From Octopus bimaculoides (taxonomy: Eukaryota), in contig NC_068998.1 of NCBI RefSeq assembly GCF_001194135.2, forward strand, positions 54,246,313 through 54,310,312: 64,000 nucleotides of DNA, read 5' to 3'. Of this stretch, positions 23,439 to 36,600 are shown one piece after another (within the stretch, counting starts at the first letter, position 1; the number at the start of each line of letters is the position of its first letter). Made by a program: the position numbers and the translations under genes. The notes beneath the pieces are model-generated. The model made no database searches. It had not been told where the DNA came from and saw nothing but the letters and a program-made list of their open reading frames with translations.

Positions 23439-26400
23439 TGTATAAGTATAACTGAGGAGGAGAGTGGAGTGAGCAAGTCCTTTTATTTCATTGATTTACA
23501 ATTGTTTCATTGGAAATCAATCTCTTGAACATTGCTATACTATACAATAATATATGCAATTATTGATACATGAGGTGTCATTGACACAATTCCAAATTCG
23601 ACTCTTCAGAATCATGCGTAAAAGTTATTTGCTGTGGACACTTAAGTTAACAATAATTCATATCTATATCGAGCTGGGTGTGTTTCAATGGTTACATTTA
23701 CATATTACAAGCCAAACAGAACAAAACTTGGTTGGAGTTGACCAGTGAAGAAGAATGAAGTGAAAAAAAAGAAAAGAAAAGGTTTTGTGTTTATACAATA
23801 TTTTGAATTATAGTCTTGTCAATACTTTCTGTCTTAAAGGTATTTTAATACTCTTGTTTATCTAATTCATGTGTCATTCAGACAAAGAAATGATCCTAAA
23901 ATGGAAACCCAGATATTGAGGTGTAATCTTGGCTCTATTCATACAAACTCTTGATTCACCAAAGTCAGCAGCTTCTTCATATAACATTGGAAATGCTTCA
24001 GGTCCTCGTTCACTCTCTCTGTTCTGATTTCTGATCTCTCCAGCACACATCTCTTAGATATACCTGGCATATTGGGTGTCTCCTGCAGAAGGTCCAGTCC
24101 TTGTTGCAGTGTGGTACTTATGTATCTTAAATACCCTGAGAGCAGAACAGTCTCCTGGTAGGGTCTTCTATGTTGGACAGGTTAAAGGATAGAGGCCAGA
24201 CTAATGTGGACCACCTCTTCCTAGAGGTAAAAATGGATTTGCTTAGCACTAACACTCCTCACTAGAAGAAGCAAAGTTACAGAAGCATTGGTCATGATTC
24301 AAAACCTATGAAGGGCCACCTTCCCTCAAAGGGAAACGTTTGCTGCAGTGCAGCAAAATCTGAAAGGACTGAGTTGAAAAAACAAGGAGAGAAGTAGAAA
24401 AGGATGCCCAGAGTTGAGAATGGCGGAGAAACGTCATTGATGGCCTATGCGCCAAAGGGCCTAAGTAAGCAATGTCAGTTGTCCCCACAAGATACAGACT
24501 GCTTCCAGTTGCACTGTCCAACCACTTTTAACCTGGGGGTGAATATGAAACAATCTCTGAAGAAGGCAAGAAGCACCAGAAGGAACAACATGCTTCTAAG
24601 TAGTTTCTTAATATGCTAGAAATAGAGCTATATCTCCCTCAAACTGTCTTAGAAAAAGACACCTTGAACAATTTGAACTTGGTTACATTGTATTGTTGAA
24701 AAAAAAGAGGTTGGTCACAGCTTGAAAACCTTTGGTAATTGGCATTCTTGCTCAGGGATGATCTTGGAGTAAATAACAGCTTGTGATGCCAATCCACTGA
24801 GAGTATTTATAGGGGTGCTGAACCTCTTAGAATTATCAGTCAAACTCCCTAAAATCATACTTTATTATCTGAAAAAGGGAAGAATGTATTGGATAACATG
24901 AATCTACAATCACTATGCCTGAAAAAAGACAAGACAGTCACAGCTGTAATGCCTTTCATCATAAGCTTGTTTGATCATGGCTGACCTGGGGCTAAATAAC
25001 GACTGCGTATTATTAATTCAAACATAATCCAACCCCGTTCCATAAATCAAGATTAATCTTAGTAATTATAAATTCAAACTGTAATGCCAAATTAATATAT
25101 CTTTGGCATTCTATTGTTTGTTCCTTGCTTATCGTTGAAGCCTGCTGGTTCAGATTGATTGAGAAAGATGAAAGGCAAACAAAAGAACACTCATCACAGG
25201 CAGATTAATTGCTTACAAACTTCTAGAATTTCATTGTGATTCTGAATTCCTTATATTTACTCCTCTTCTAGTAAATGTCAGCTATATTCTTATCCTTTCA
25301 TTGAGTGGCTTTTGAAGTTGATTGATAATTAATCTAAAGACACATGTACGTCTGTTCACCTGCTTTTCCATTGGATTGCAATAAACCTATAAGTTTATTG
25401 TTTAACTACAGGTCAACCTTAATCCACCAAGCCAACTGGATCTATAATCAAAGTCATCTGTTTCTTAGCAATCTTATCTTTGATTCAAACACATTGTGTC
25501 TAGGATTTTTTTTTTCCTGTGATATGATGGAGATTTAGCTACTGTTTCTAGCTCTAGCAAGTCCATCAACCATCTAGAGTAGTGCCTCCCAACCATTTTT
25601 TTACCTATGTGTCTTCTACTATAGCCCTAGGTGGAAACTGAAAGAAGCCTGACGTGTGTGTTATCATCATCATTTAATGATTATTGTCCATGCTGGTATG
25701 GGTTGGACAGTTTGACTGGGCTGGCACACTGGAAGGCTCCATCAGACTCCAGTCTGATTTGGCATGGTTTTCTACGGCTGGATGCTCTTCCTAACGCCAA
25801 CCACTCTGAGAGTGTAATGGGTACTTTTACATGCCACCAGCACAGGTGCCATTTATGTGACACTGGAGTGCACTTATGTGCCAATTTGTATGACACCAGT
25901 GTATATATATATGTGTGTGTAGATGGGGTGGGAGTTCTGTGTAAACGTGTATCACTGTCCTACAAGCAGGGTTGTTCATTTCCAGTCTTCTGAGGAAAAA
26001 CTTGTCTGGCCATTAAATATTACTTGGAAGGTAATATTTAATGGTTAGCAATAGGAAAGACATCTAGCTGTAGAAAATCTGCAGAAAGTAGACATTAAAC
26101 GATGACGATGATGATGATGATTGGCAGTGCCTTCTCATTTTAAACTAATTCCTAACCATAAAATCAAAGTAGCACAGGTGACGACCAAGCTAGTTTAACA
26201 TTACATTGTATGGTCACAATACAATGCCAGATGTCAGTACCTTAATGATTGTACTTGTGCAAGCCATGGTCACAAAATACACACCAGCACAGCTCTGCAA
26301 ATATCGTGACACATTAGCAAGACTCTTAAGCAATAGAAAAACGAAAAAAACTTTCTCACTCAGCTTTGTCCAGATATTTTTGGTTTACAGTTTAAACAAC

Positions 26401-27627
26401 AGTCTCCGTATTTGTTGATATTCTCTGTGTTCAAATTCTGTGAAGAAGTGACATGGCCAGGTGAATATGTTGTTGATTTTCCTGGCCAGTTCTTACTGTA
26501 TGTCAACATTCGGTTTTCAATCAATCTTGTCTTGTCCCATTTGAAAATAATTATCATTAACACTAATGGTTAATTGGGGAGTTATTATGGAAGTATATTA
26601 AAAATTTTCTTTAGCAAACTATATTGTTAACTATGTGCTCTTCATGCAGAAAGCATCCCTGAGAAGCTTTCCCATGTCACCTTTTTTAAAAAAGTCACTG
26701 TTCTCTCCTCCCCCCATTATTGACATATCTCTGCTATACATTGCCTCACTTGTGTATGGCTGAAGGGCAACAATGATGTTCACTCTTCTGGATGTTGCAC
26801 ACCAGAAATAATAAAACAGTTTCTTATGCAGAGACTGGAGACTGTTTTTAGAATCCTTTTGTCATCCAGCAGCTGGAAAAAATGTTAGAATCTCCCAACA
26901 TTTAATTTTGATAATCTTTACCTTGAGAGTTCATTTCGGCACCATGTTACCATCTTTATCCTCTCTCTCAGCTACTCTAACCCACCCTTATCTCATGCAG
27001 GGTAACCATGTACTTCCCTCATAGCAAGACACCTGGTATAAACCTACCCCCACCTTCCCCCTCTCGAGTATTTGTGTTTTGTGTCTGTCTACGAATTTAC
27101 TTGGTGACTTGTGCCAGTGGTGCCATGTTAAAAGCACCCAATACACACTGTGAAGTGGTTGGTGTTGGGAAGGGCATCCAGCCATGGAACCCTTGCCAGA
27201 GTTGACAATGGAGCTCAGCACAGCCCCCGCAGCTCGGTGGATCCTGTCAAACCATCCGACCCATGCCGGCATGGAAAGTAGAAATTAAATGATGTTGATG
27301 ATTATTGATGATCTGGCAGAATCGTTAGCATGCCAGACAAAGCATTTCAGCCACCTTTTATGTTCTGAGTTCAAATTCTGCCAAGGTTGACTTTGTCCTT
27401 CATCCTTTTGGGGGTCAACAAAACAAGTATCAGTTGGACATTGGGGTCGATGTAATCAATTTACCCCCTCTTCCAAAATTGTGCCAAGATTAGAAAGGAT
27501 TATCATTATTATTTACCTCTATGCAGCGGAAGCAATTTAAGAATCTGACATGATACACACACCAAGAATTTAAATGCCATAGATTATGAAATTATGACCC
27601 CCCTCCCCCCCTCTCTCNNNNNNNNNN

Positions 27628-27666
<39 letters not shown>

Positions 27667-30600
27667 GGTCAAAATCAAACACAACTCATTTACTTAATTC
27701 TCTCTACCCTCCCTCCGTCCCTCTCTCATATTTTTGTCTATATTGCAGTTAACAACCAATATTACAAGTTCCTTCCTAAATTCTCTGTTTGCAAAAATCT
27801 ATACTTTAATCTAAACAGTCCACAAAAAAACAAACAATCAAACAAAACCAGCTAAATTACATCTGGTTGTTATTTGTTAAAAGTAAAGTTTTACAAAACC
27901 AGAACATGGTTTTACAAAATGGTATAAACTTTTGAAAAAAAAACCAACAAAAGTTTATAATCCCCTTCTGCCATGCTTTTTTGTTTGTTTTCTTTTAATA
28001 AATTTATCTTTTCACTACATTTAATGCCTAGTGCTGCACATAGCTCACTTCACAATAACAATCATTTCTAGTAATCCTGTCTGTTTTTTGGTAATTTATT
28101 TTCTCTCTCTAATTAGAACAATTATGCAGAGTTTTATAATCGGTTGCAGCTTCACTGAATGTTAACTCCATGTTTTCCGAAATGAAATTTTGTTTTCTAC
28201 CATCATTATTGATTTGTTATGCACTTATTATTATAATCAGCAGCCAATCCACGAGCATTTGGAATGGTGTTCTTCCTCTTGCATTTCCTTTATCTCTTCA
28301 TAATTCTTCTCTTCATCTCACCACGCTTCCCTCTCATCAAACAAATGTCTACAATTTCTTTCTTATATACCACATTCCACCTCCGCACTCCATCGAATTA
28401 CTTAACGTGTTATTTAAGTAAACTTTTTTTCCTACATGGTTGACTATCGATACCTTGTTTCCTTTCCTCTTCATGCATCGTCTTTCATTCCCTTCTCTGT
28501 TTGTCAGTCATTAAAACCTCCGTCTCACTGCGCCTCCTCCCAGACTTAAAGACTTTGGTAAATCCTTCTGTAAAACAGTGGCATGGCTCAGGTTTCCCTT
28601 CCAACAACCACTAACTTGCTGGAATTTCAACTGAACCCTACCCCTGCTCTGGTTATTTCCCCCCAACCCCATCCCTTCTCAGAGGGTCGAAGGAAACTGC
28701 TATCATTCGTCTGCTACACATTAAATCACTTAAAAATAACAAAAATTTCTTTGTTTCTTTTATGAAATATTTAACCATTAACACTCCTAGTTCTTTTATT
28801 TTGTTTCAATCATCCGGACTGTGGCCATGCTGGGGCTCCACCTTCACTGGTTTAAAGACATCAACCTTAATACTTAATTTTTTAAACCTCATACTTTTTC
28901 TATATGCCCCTTTTTTGCTGAACTGCAGGGACGTAAACAAAGCAACACTGGTTGTCAAGTGGTAGCAGGGGACAGACAGACAGACACACACACACACACA
29001 CACATACACGATGAGCTTTGTTCAGTTTCTGTTTACCAAATCCACAAAGCTTTGATTGACTCAGGGCTAAAGAAGAAAATACTTGCCCAAGGTGCTATAC
29101 AGTGGGACTGGACCCAGAAACATGTGGTTGGAGAGCAAGCGTCTTGCCATACAGTGACACCTGTGTCTCCAGCCCTTCTTGTGCATCTCTCTCTCTCTCT
29201 CTCTGGCATTGCAAAAAGGGTTGAGTCCACCCACAAGAGATGTTGGTGTTTGACAAAGAAGTGACTTAGGTGAGCAGTTAGTATAGTTTGCTTCACGTAA
29301 CCAATATGGAAAGTACTGGAAGACTGTTGTTTGTCAGGTGACTAACAGAAAAGATATTTACTTCTAACGTCGTTCTTTCACTACCCTGAATAATACTGCT
29401 ACCCTGGTAAGTTGTACAATGTAAATGTTGCAGACTCAAAGATTTACTGACATTTCCTTCCGGAATTGGTTGTTTTGAAAACTGAATCAGCTTTTAGCAG
29501 CATCTGCCTATCAGAAAAGTCTTCATTTAACAGAACCATTCCACTTCATTTTTGTATTTTTATTTGGAATATGCTGCTACAGGGATAGCTATCTGATCAA
29601 GGACTTGACAAGGCACATGGCCTGGTGGTTAGAGTATCTCAATCATGATTATAAGATCGTGGTTTCAACTCCTGGACCAGGCAGTGCATTCAATCCACTC
29701 AGCTGTGAGTTCCAGCAATGGGCAAGAAGTGAACTGGGTGAGAGGTCAGCATTCCATCTCGGGGTGGGATATTCTAATCTCAGTCACTCATACACCTTGG
29801 AAACTGTATTAAGCTCTGCTCTTATGGGTCTTGGGGCTCATGAGAGACCTAAGGACTTCATAACCGCATAGTTCTGGGGTTAATCCCTCACATGGGGGCA
29901 TCTTGGGCAAGTGGATCATCTACTCAGCCTTGAATTGACCAATATCCTATGAGTGGAATTTGGTCAGCAGAAACTGTATAGATACCCATCATAAATGATG
30001 CAAAAGATTTTTTTTTAAAAGTATATTTTTATAGATAAACAGTAACTTAGCTATTTGATAATAGAGATCGGTTAAGTAAGTACCAGACTAAAATAAGTAC
30101 TGAGGTTGATTTGATCAATTTTAAAACCCTTCAAGGCTGTTCCAGTGCGTAACTGGTATTTATTTAATTGACCCCGAAAGGATGAAAGGCAAAGTCAACC
30201 TCGGCAGAATTTGAACTCAGAACATAACAGCAGACAAAATACCACTAAGCATTTTTCCCAGCTTGCTAACAAGGTTGTCGTCATCATCGTCACCGTTTAA
30301 CATCTGCTTTCCATGTTGGCATGGGTTGTATGCAATATAATTCCTTCAGCTTTGCAAACTTTGTATCAGTTTGTGAATTAAATTTGGCCACTTTCTTAAA
30401 ACTGGAGAAATACAATCATTCTTAAACCATCTTTTTGGTAAGCACATATTATTAAACAAGTGGAATTGCCTCTGGATTAATCAGACAAGACCTTTCATTT
30501 CAAAGCTTTCTTATTTAATTTGAAACCCTCTTCCATAATTTTGCATAAAAGCCTTTTATGTTCCAATCTAATAAAAAAAAATGTATATATTTTACTAAAG

Positions 30601-33600
30601 TCCTCCACATTTTCAATTATTTTATAAATTTATCGGAATACAAAAGCAGTGGATTTCTATAGAAATTTAGTCATGAATGAATAATTAGTTTCTGTGCAGT
30701 GAAATAACTTTTCCAGATTGTTTCTTTGATAATTTGCAATTTTTTTTTTTTTTAAACAATATATATCATTATATGATATGATATTAATAATAATGATAAT
30801 AATAATAATAATAATTAGTATCAAAAAGAAAAAAATGAGAGAGAGAAAAAATTTTTTCTTTGGTTCTTTTCATTTTTGATTTTCCTGTTTTTTACAGCAA
30901 TTTTGTTTTCAATTGGGTGAATTTAATGCTTTTGATAAAAAAAAAATTTTGATATTGCCTCAACTATTTTCTCAAATGAAATTATCCCATTTTTGTTTTG
31001 TGAAGAGCAGCATAACTATTTAATTACATTTCTATTACCTCAACTTTCAGACAATTAACTTTTACTAATGCTAGTTAAGCATTATGTGTTGTCAGGAGTC
31101 GTATTTGGTTAGCTGGGTTAAATATTTGTTGAAATCTAAGGATTAAATCCTCTCTCGCTTAATTCATCTAAAGCTGCATAACAACAGGAGAGAGAGAGTG
31201 AGAGAGATGGAGCATTTAGCTAGGTCAGAGCAGGTAAAAAAAAAAAAAAAAAAAAAAGAAAGGAAAAGCAACACAAAAAGCCTGGTCAATAGAAATTAAG
31301 TTTAGATTTATTCACAATAGATTTTTTCGGCAGCCAATGATTGGTTAGCATTGTCATCGTGGATAATTATATGCACAGAGGAAATAGTTTTATCGAAACA
31401 ATAACCAATCATTTGCAAAAAGATTTCAAACATTGCGAATTTATTTATTTGCTTTAATTATCTGATATTTGATTTCCCTATATTGGATCATGACAAAGAA
31501 TATTGGGAAAGGAAAAGGTTTTTTTTATGTCAAGTCTGTTGAGATTTGTTCAATATTAAATTTGTATGAATTGTCGTAACATACCAGTCATCATATACGT
31601 CTACACAGTAAAAACATTAGTAAAATGCAAGAGGCATGGCTGTGTGGATAAGAAGCTCACTTTGCAACCATATAGCTCCGAGTTCAGTCCCACTGAATGG
31701 TATTTTGGGTTTGCGTTTTCTTCTATAGCCTCAAGGCACCCACTCCCTAGTGAGTGAATTTGGTAAACGCACTGTGTCAAGATCCATTGTGTGTATATAA
31801 GTGTATATATGTGTGCGTGTGTCTTTGTGTTTATCTTGACGACTTGTGTTGGTTTGATTATGTCCCTGTGACTTAGCAGTTCAGCAAAATTGACAGAATA
31901 AAAGGTACCAGGGTGAATTTGTTTGACTAAACCCCAGCACAGCTGCAATCCAGAGAATGGAAAGTGTGTCCCCCAGCATTGTAGTATAGTTCCAGTTCTC
32001 TGTCATTAATTCACAGCCCCATCAAGTGAAGTAATGCTATCATAAACCAAGATAAGCCTGACATTACCCACATAGAATTACAGTTTGTTTTATAACAAGG
32101 CTGACAATATATGCACACATATTTTGAAAACCTTATCAAACAAGAAAACAAAAATCCTATGGAGAGAGAGCCCTTTGCTTGGTCACTTGACTTGACTCCC
32201 CCAGACACACACACACACACCCATCTTGTTACCTTCTCTGTCAGGGTAGTCTTCATCTTCCAGTATTATGATGCGACATGTTGATAATCAGTTGAGCAAA
32301 TACAAGTCAGCAATGTGGTGATGTAGTGGGTGAAAAATACATCAATGGATTAAGTGTGGGTGGAGAGTGTTGTTAGAGGAGATAAATATTATTAGCTGGC
32401 CCTCTCATTAATCTAATCTGTTGCAGCTTAAACGAAATTCAATTATTTGTTGGATGCAATACTTTCACATTAACTTTCTACCTGTGTGTGTTTTTGTTTT
32501 TTTCTAACCAGGTTTGTCATGGCTGGGTAGGTGTTAAGAAGCTTGTTTGGCAAACTCTTGGTTTCAGATTCAGTTCCACAGTGTGGCAACTTGGGAAAAT
32601 GTCATTTATTCTAGCCCTGGGGTGATCAATGCCTCGTTAGTGAATTTGGTAGATGGAAACTATGTAGAAGCCTGTCTTGTGTGTGTGTGTGTCTTTGTAT
32701 GTGCTCATCTCTCTATTATCACTCAACATCCAGCATTGATTTGTGCATGTTCTTGTAACTTAGCAGTTCAGCTAAAGAGACTAATAGAATAAGTACCTGG
32801 CTTTAACCAAAAGAAAAATAAAATAAGTGCAATTTGTTCTGACCAAACTTTTCAAGGTGGTGCTCCAGCATGGCCAATGCCCGCTGACTGAAACATCATC
32901 ATTTTACCACTCTATTCCATGGATTGATTGAGTGTTTTTTCCTGAGAGCCACAGGAGCCAGCATCTTCAGCTTTTATGAAGACTTCCTCTTGTCAGAAGT
33001 AACACCTGACAAGATAACTACTAGATATAATCTTTCTCTCTCTCTCTCTCTCTCTCTCCCTTTTTCAACTATTGCAAATCACTTTTAGCATTTANNNNNN
33101 NNNNCCTTTTTCAACTATTGCAAATCACTTTTAGCATTTAGTGATTGGAGCCTGGTGCAGCCTTCCAGCATACCAGCCCAGTCAAACCGTCCAACCCATG
33201 CCAGTGTGGGCAACAGATGTTACATGATGATGATAAACAAAGCAGGTGTTTTAGTATACTACCAGCAAAAGTAGACTAGTTGGTCATAACCCCTCCACAT
33301 GCTCTCTCTCTCTCACACACACACACACTTTCTCCCAACCCTTTTCCATGCCAACACCTTTCTATTTATATTTCTTGGTGCTCCACCATGACCATGGTCC
33401 AGTGCCAGAACTCGTAAATGCATGATCAAAACATGGCCACCATTATCATTAAATGGTATCTTTGAAAAGATTTTTTCAGTTTTGTATTTGGTTTGCAAGA
33501 TTCTTGGTGTGAACCCATGAATTGAAACAGAATCTCTTGTATCTTGGGAGGGTCATTTTTCTAATAATAAATGCACACACTGGTCCTAGTTCACTTCTTT

Positions 33601-36600
33601 TATTATTATTATTATGAAGGCAGTTAGCTGACAGAATCATTAGTGTGCTGGGCGAAATGCTTTGTGGTACTTCGACAGTCTTCACGTTCTGAGTTCACAT
33701 TCCACCGAGGTTGACTTTGCCTTTTCATACTTTTGGAGTCGATAAATTAAGTACCAATCAATACTGTGGTCGATGTGATCGACTGGTCCCCTCCCCCAAA
33801 ATTTCAGGCCTTGTGCCTTTAGTAGAAAAGATTATTATTCTTAGTTAATTGATTAACTATGTAGCCAATTAACTCCTTGGTTGTTTGATTAATTGATTAC
33901 TCATTTGGCCAATTAATCAATCAGATTTGTGGAAGTCCTTTTGTCACCATACTCATCAATGATTCCACATCTCCTTCTGTCATTATTCATATAATGATCT
34001 TCTCAAGATACAATAGAAGACTTCATTGAACTGTTGCTTCAAAAAACAAAAAACTGTGGTAATAACTGAAGAGATTTGACAAAAACTTCACCAATGACTT
34101 ATTATTCATGAAAACCTAAACCATCTCTGGTTTAGTGATAAGTTTATATTTAGCAGAATTTATTTTATTGAAAATATGTGTATTTTAATGTCAAAGATAG
34201 ATATAGATGCAAAACATGTGAAATTGATCATTTCTATAATTGCGAAAAGGAGGGATGAAAATTTTATCAAAAAAAATTCGATGACATTTATTTTGACATT
34301 TTGGCATCATCCATAGANNNNNNNNNNTTTTTTTTTTTTTAAAAATCTACATTAAAATTCTGCAGACTACTTTAAGATCTGAACTATCTAATTACCATCT
34401 AAAAGCTAATTTATTAACGAGCACTGACAAAGGGAATTTCTTGTGATCAGTTAACTTACTAGAAATAGTAGAATGATTTGAGCAAAATATGGCTATGTCA
34501 TCTTGAAATAAAATTTTAAAAAAACAATATATTTGTCTTCAGGAGCATATATAACCAAAATATCACGTCGGAACCTATATGGAGAAGTTTCTTTAAACAT
34601 TAGAAGATTGAATGCATTAAAAACTTTTCTTCTTGAGTATGTGCTGGGATATGTATTATGTGTCCCTGTGTCTTATACTATCAAATACAATATTGTTGGA
34701 ACAGTTTCCATATGGGACCAGATGAAATCAAGTTCTTATGAACTAATTATTATCATTTAATGTCCATTTTCCATGCTGGCATGGGTTGGACAGTTTGACA
34801 GGAGTTGGCAAGCCAGAAGAGTTGCACCAAACTCCAGTTGTCTGTTTTGGCAAGGTTTCCATAGCTAGATGCCCTCCCTAACACCAACCATTTTACAGAA
34901 AATATGCTACTGAAGATTCATCCAGTTCCTGCCAGTGTCAATAACCAACATGAAACCTATGATAGCAGTGGTTAGTTGATAAACTTTTTTCTTTTTTTTT
35001 TTTCCATGGCAAAACCTGTTTAAATGTTTGCTTTGGGTGAAGAGGGGCTGGACTTGTCTTTTATTTTTAATCATTCTAATACTGTATTTTAATAGGTGTT
35101 ATAAGGATAGTATCTATTCCTGTGAAGTTGTGTAAATGTTTCAGTGGTGTCAAATGGGCCTTTTTTGGCTCTGTCTGAACACAGCAATGCTGGATTACTA
35201 CGTCACTTGGCCATAATCACACATTTAAACTGTGTCCAGAAATTTTGCCATAAGACATTTTTTAAAGTTAAAAAAAAAAAAATAAAAGGTTTTATAAAAA
35301 CATTAGATAGGCAAGTCTTTATTCAACGAAAAACATTAAAAAAGTGTGATGAGGTCATTTAAAAGGAAATTTCTAACAGTGAATTTTCTTATGGCAAAAT
35401 TTCCTATAACCCATTTAAGTATGATCTCTAGTGATAACAGGACATCTGATAAGGCCTAAATAAAATGAGTCTTCCCTGTGGACAGATAAGTAAATAGAAA
35501 CAGATAAGCGTGTGTTGCAATATATGATGCAGCATTTAATCTCTCACACACAGAAAAAATTCATGTGGATGGATAATGATCAGAGAGACAAGCTGATAGC
35601 CATACACGTTTAAATATAACCAACGTGACATTGGTTTATGTATGAATGTATGCTACAGTACATCTATTTACATATGCAGGTCAAACATCAGACTAGTGAC
35701 CTTGTTCTTCAATGATGTCCATTCATTGTAGTTTCTCGAGGCAAAATGCTACAGAAACAATACAGTGATTAAAATCTCCTCAAAGTTTATTCTCAGTAAA
35801 TAATGTAGATGTAAAACTGGTATTTAAATATCAGCAGCAAAATAGATAAAATACTAGGGTTACTTAGCAACAGTGACACAGTTTCTATTCAATGTAAACA
35901 AATCCAAAGAGGAGCAGTGTTAGTGATCCGTTGACGTAACTGTTTCATTCTTCTATAAAACACAAATGACAGGGCTTCGGGGACTATTTTTCCCATGAAT
36001 CATTTGCTTAGTGGTGAAATACTATCCATGTTGCTGGAATGGGGAATTGTTTCTTGGTCACCAAAATTCTAGACTCTGTGTCCCATGAGACATCACTAAT
36101 TTCTTTTCTAATAGCTCAATAGTTTCTCTGTAGCAATCAAATCTCCATCAATAATCTCCCTTCATTCTTTAAAATCAGGATCAGTTGTTCTGAATCTTAA
36201 GACTACATCATCATCATAACATCCGCTTTTTCAGTTTATTGAGGCAGATTTCCTATGGCTGGATGCCCTTCCTGTCACCAACGCTCACCTCCTGTTTCCA
36301 AACAAGATGATATTTCCTCATAGCCAAAGATGTTTTTCCTGGAAGATTGAAAATGCTCAACAACATTGCTTGTATGGCAACGATGCTCATATACAGCCTT
36401 CACAAGATGTCTAGACAAGGGTATAAACACACACATAATAAGCTTCTTTCAGTTTCCATTAAGCAAATCCATTCATAAGGTTTTAATTGACCTGGGTCTA
36501 TAGAAGAAAACATTTGCCCATGGTGATGCACAGTGGAATTGAACCCAGGACCAAATGATTGGGAAGCAAGCTTCTTAACCACATCTCCACACCTGAACCT

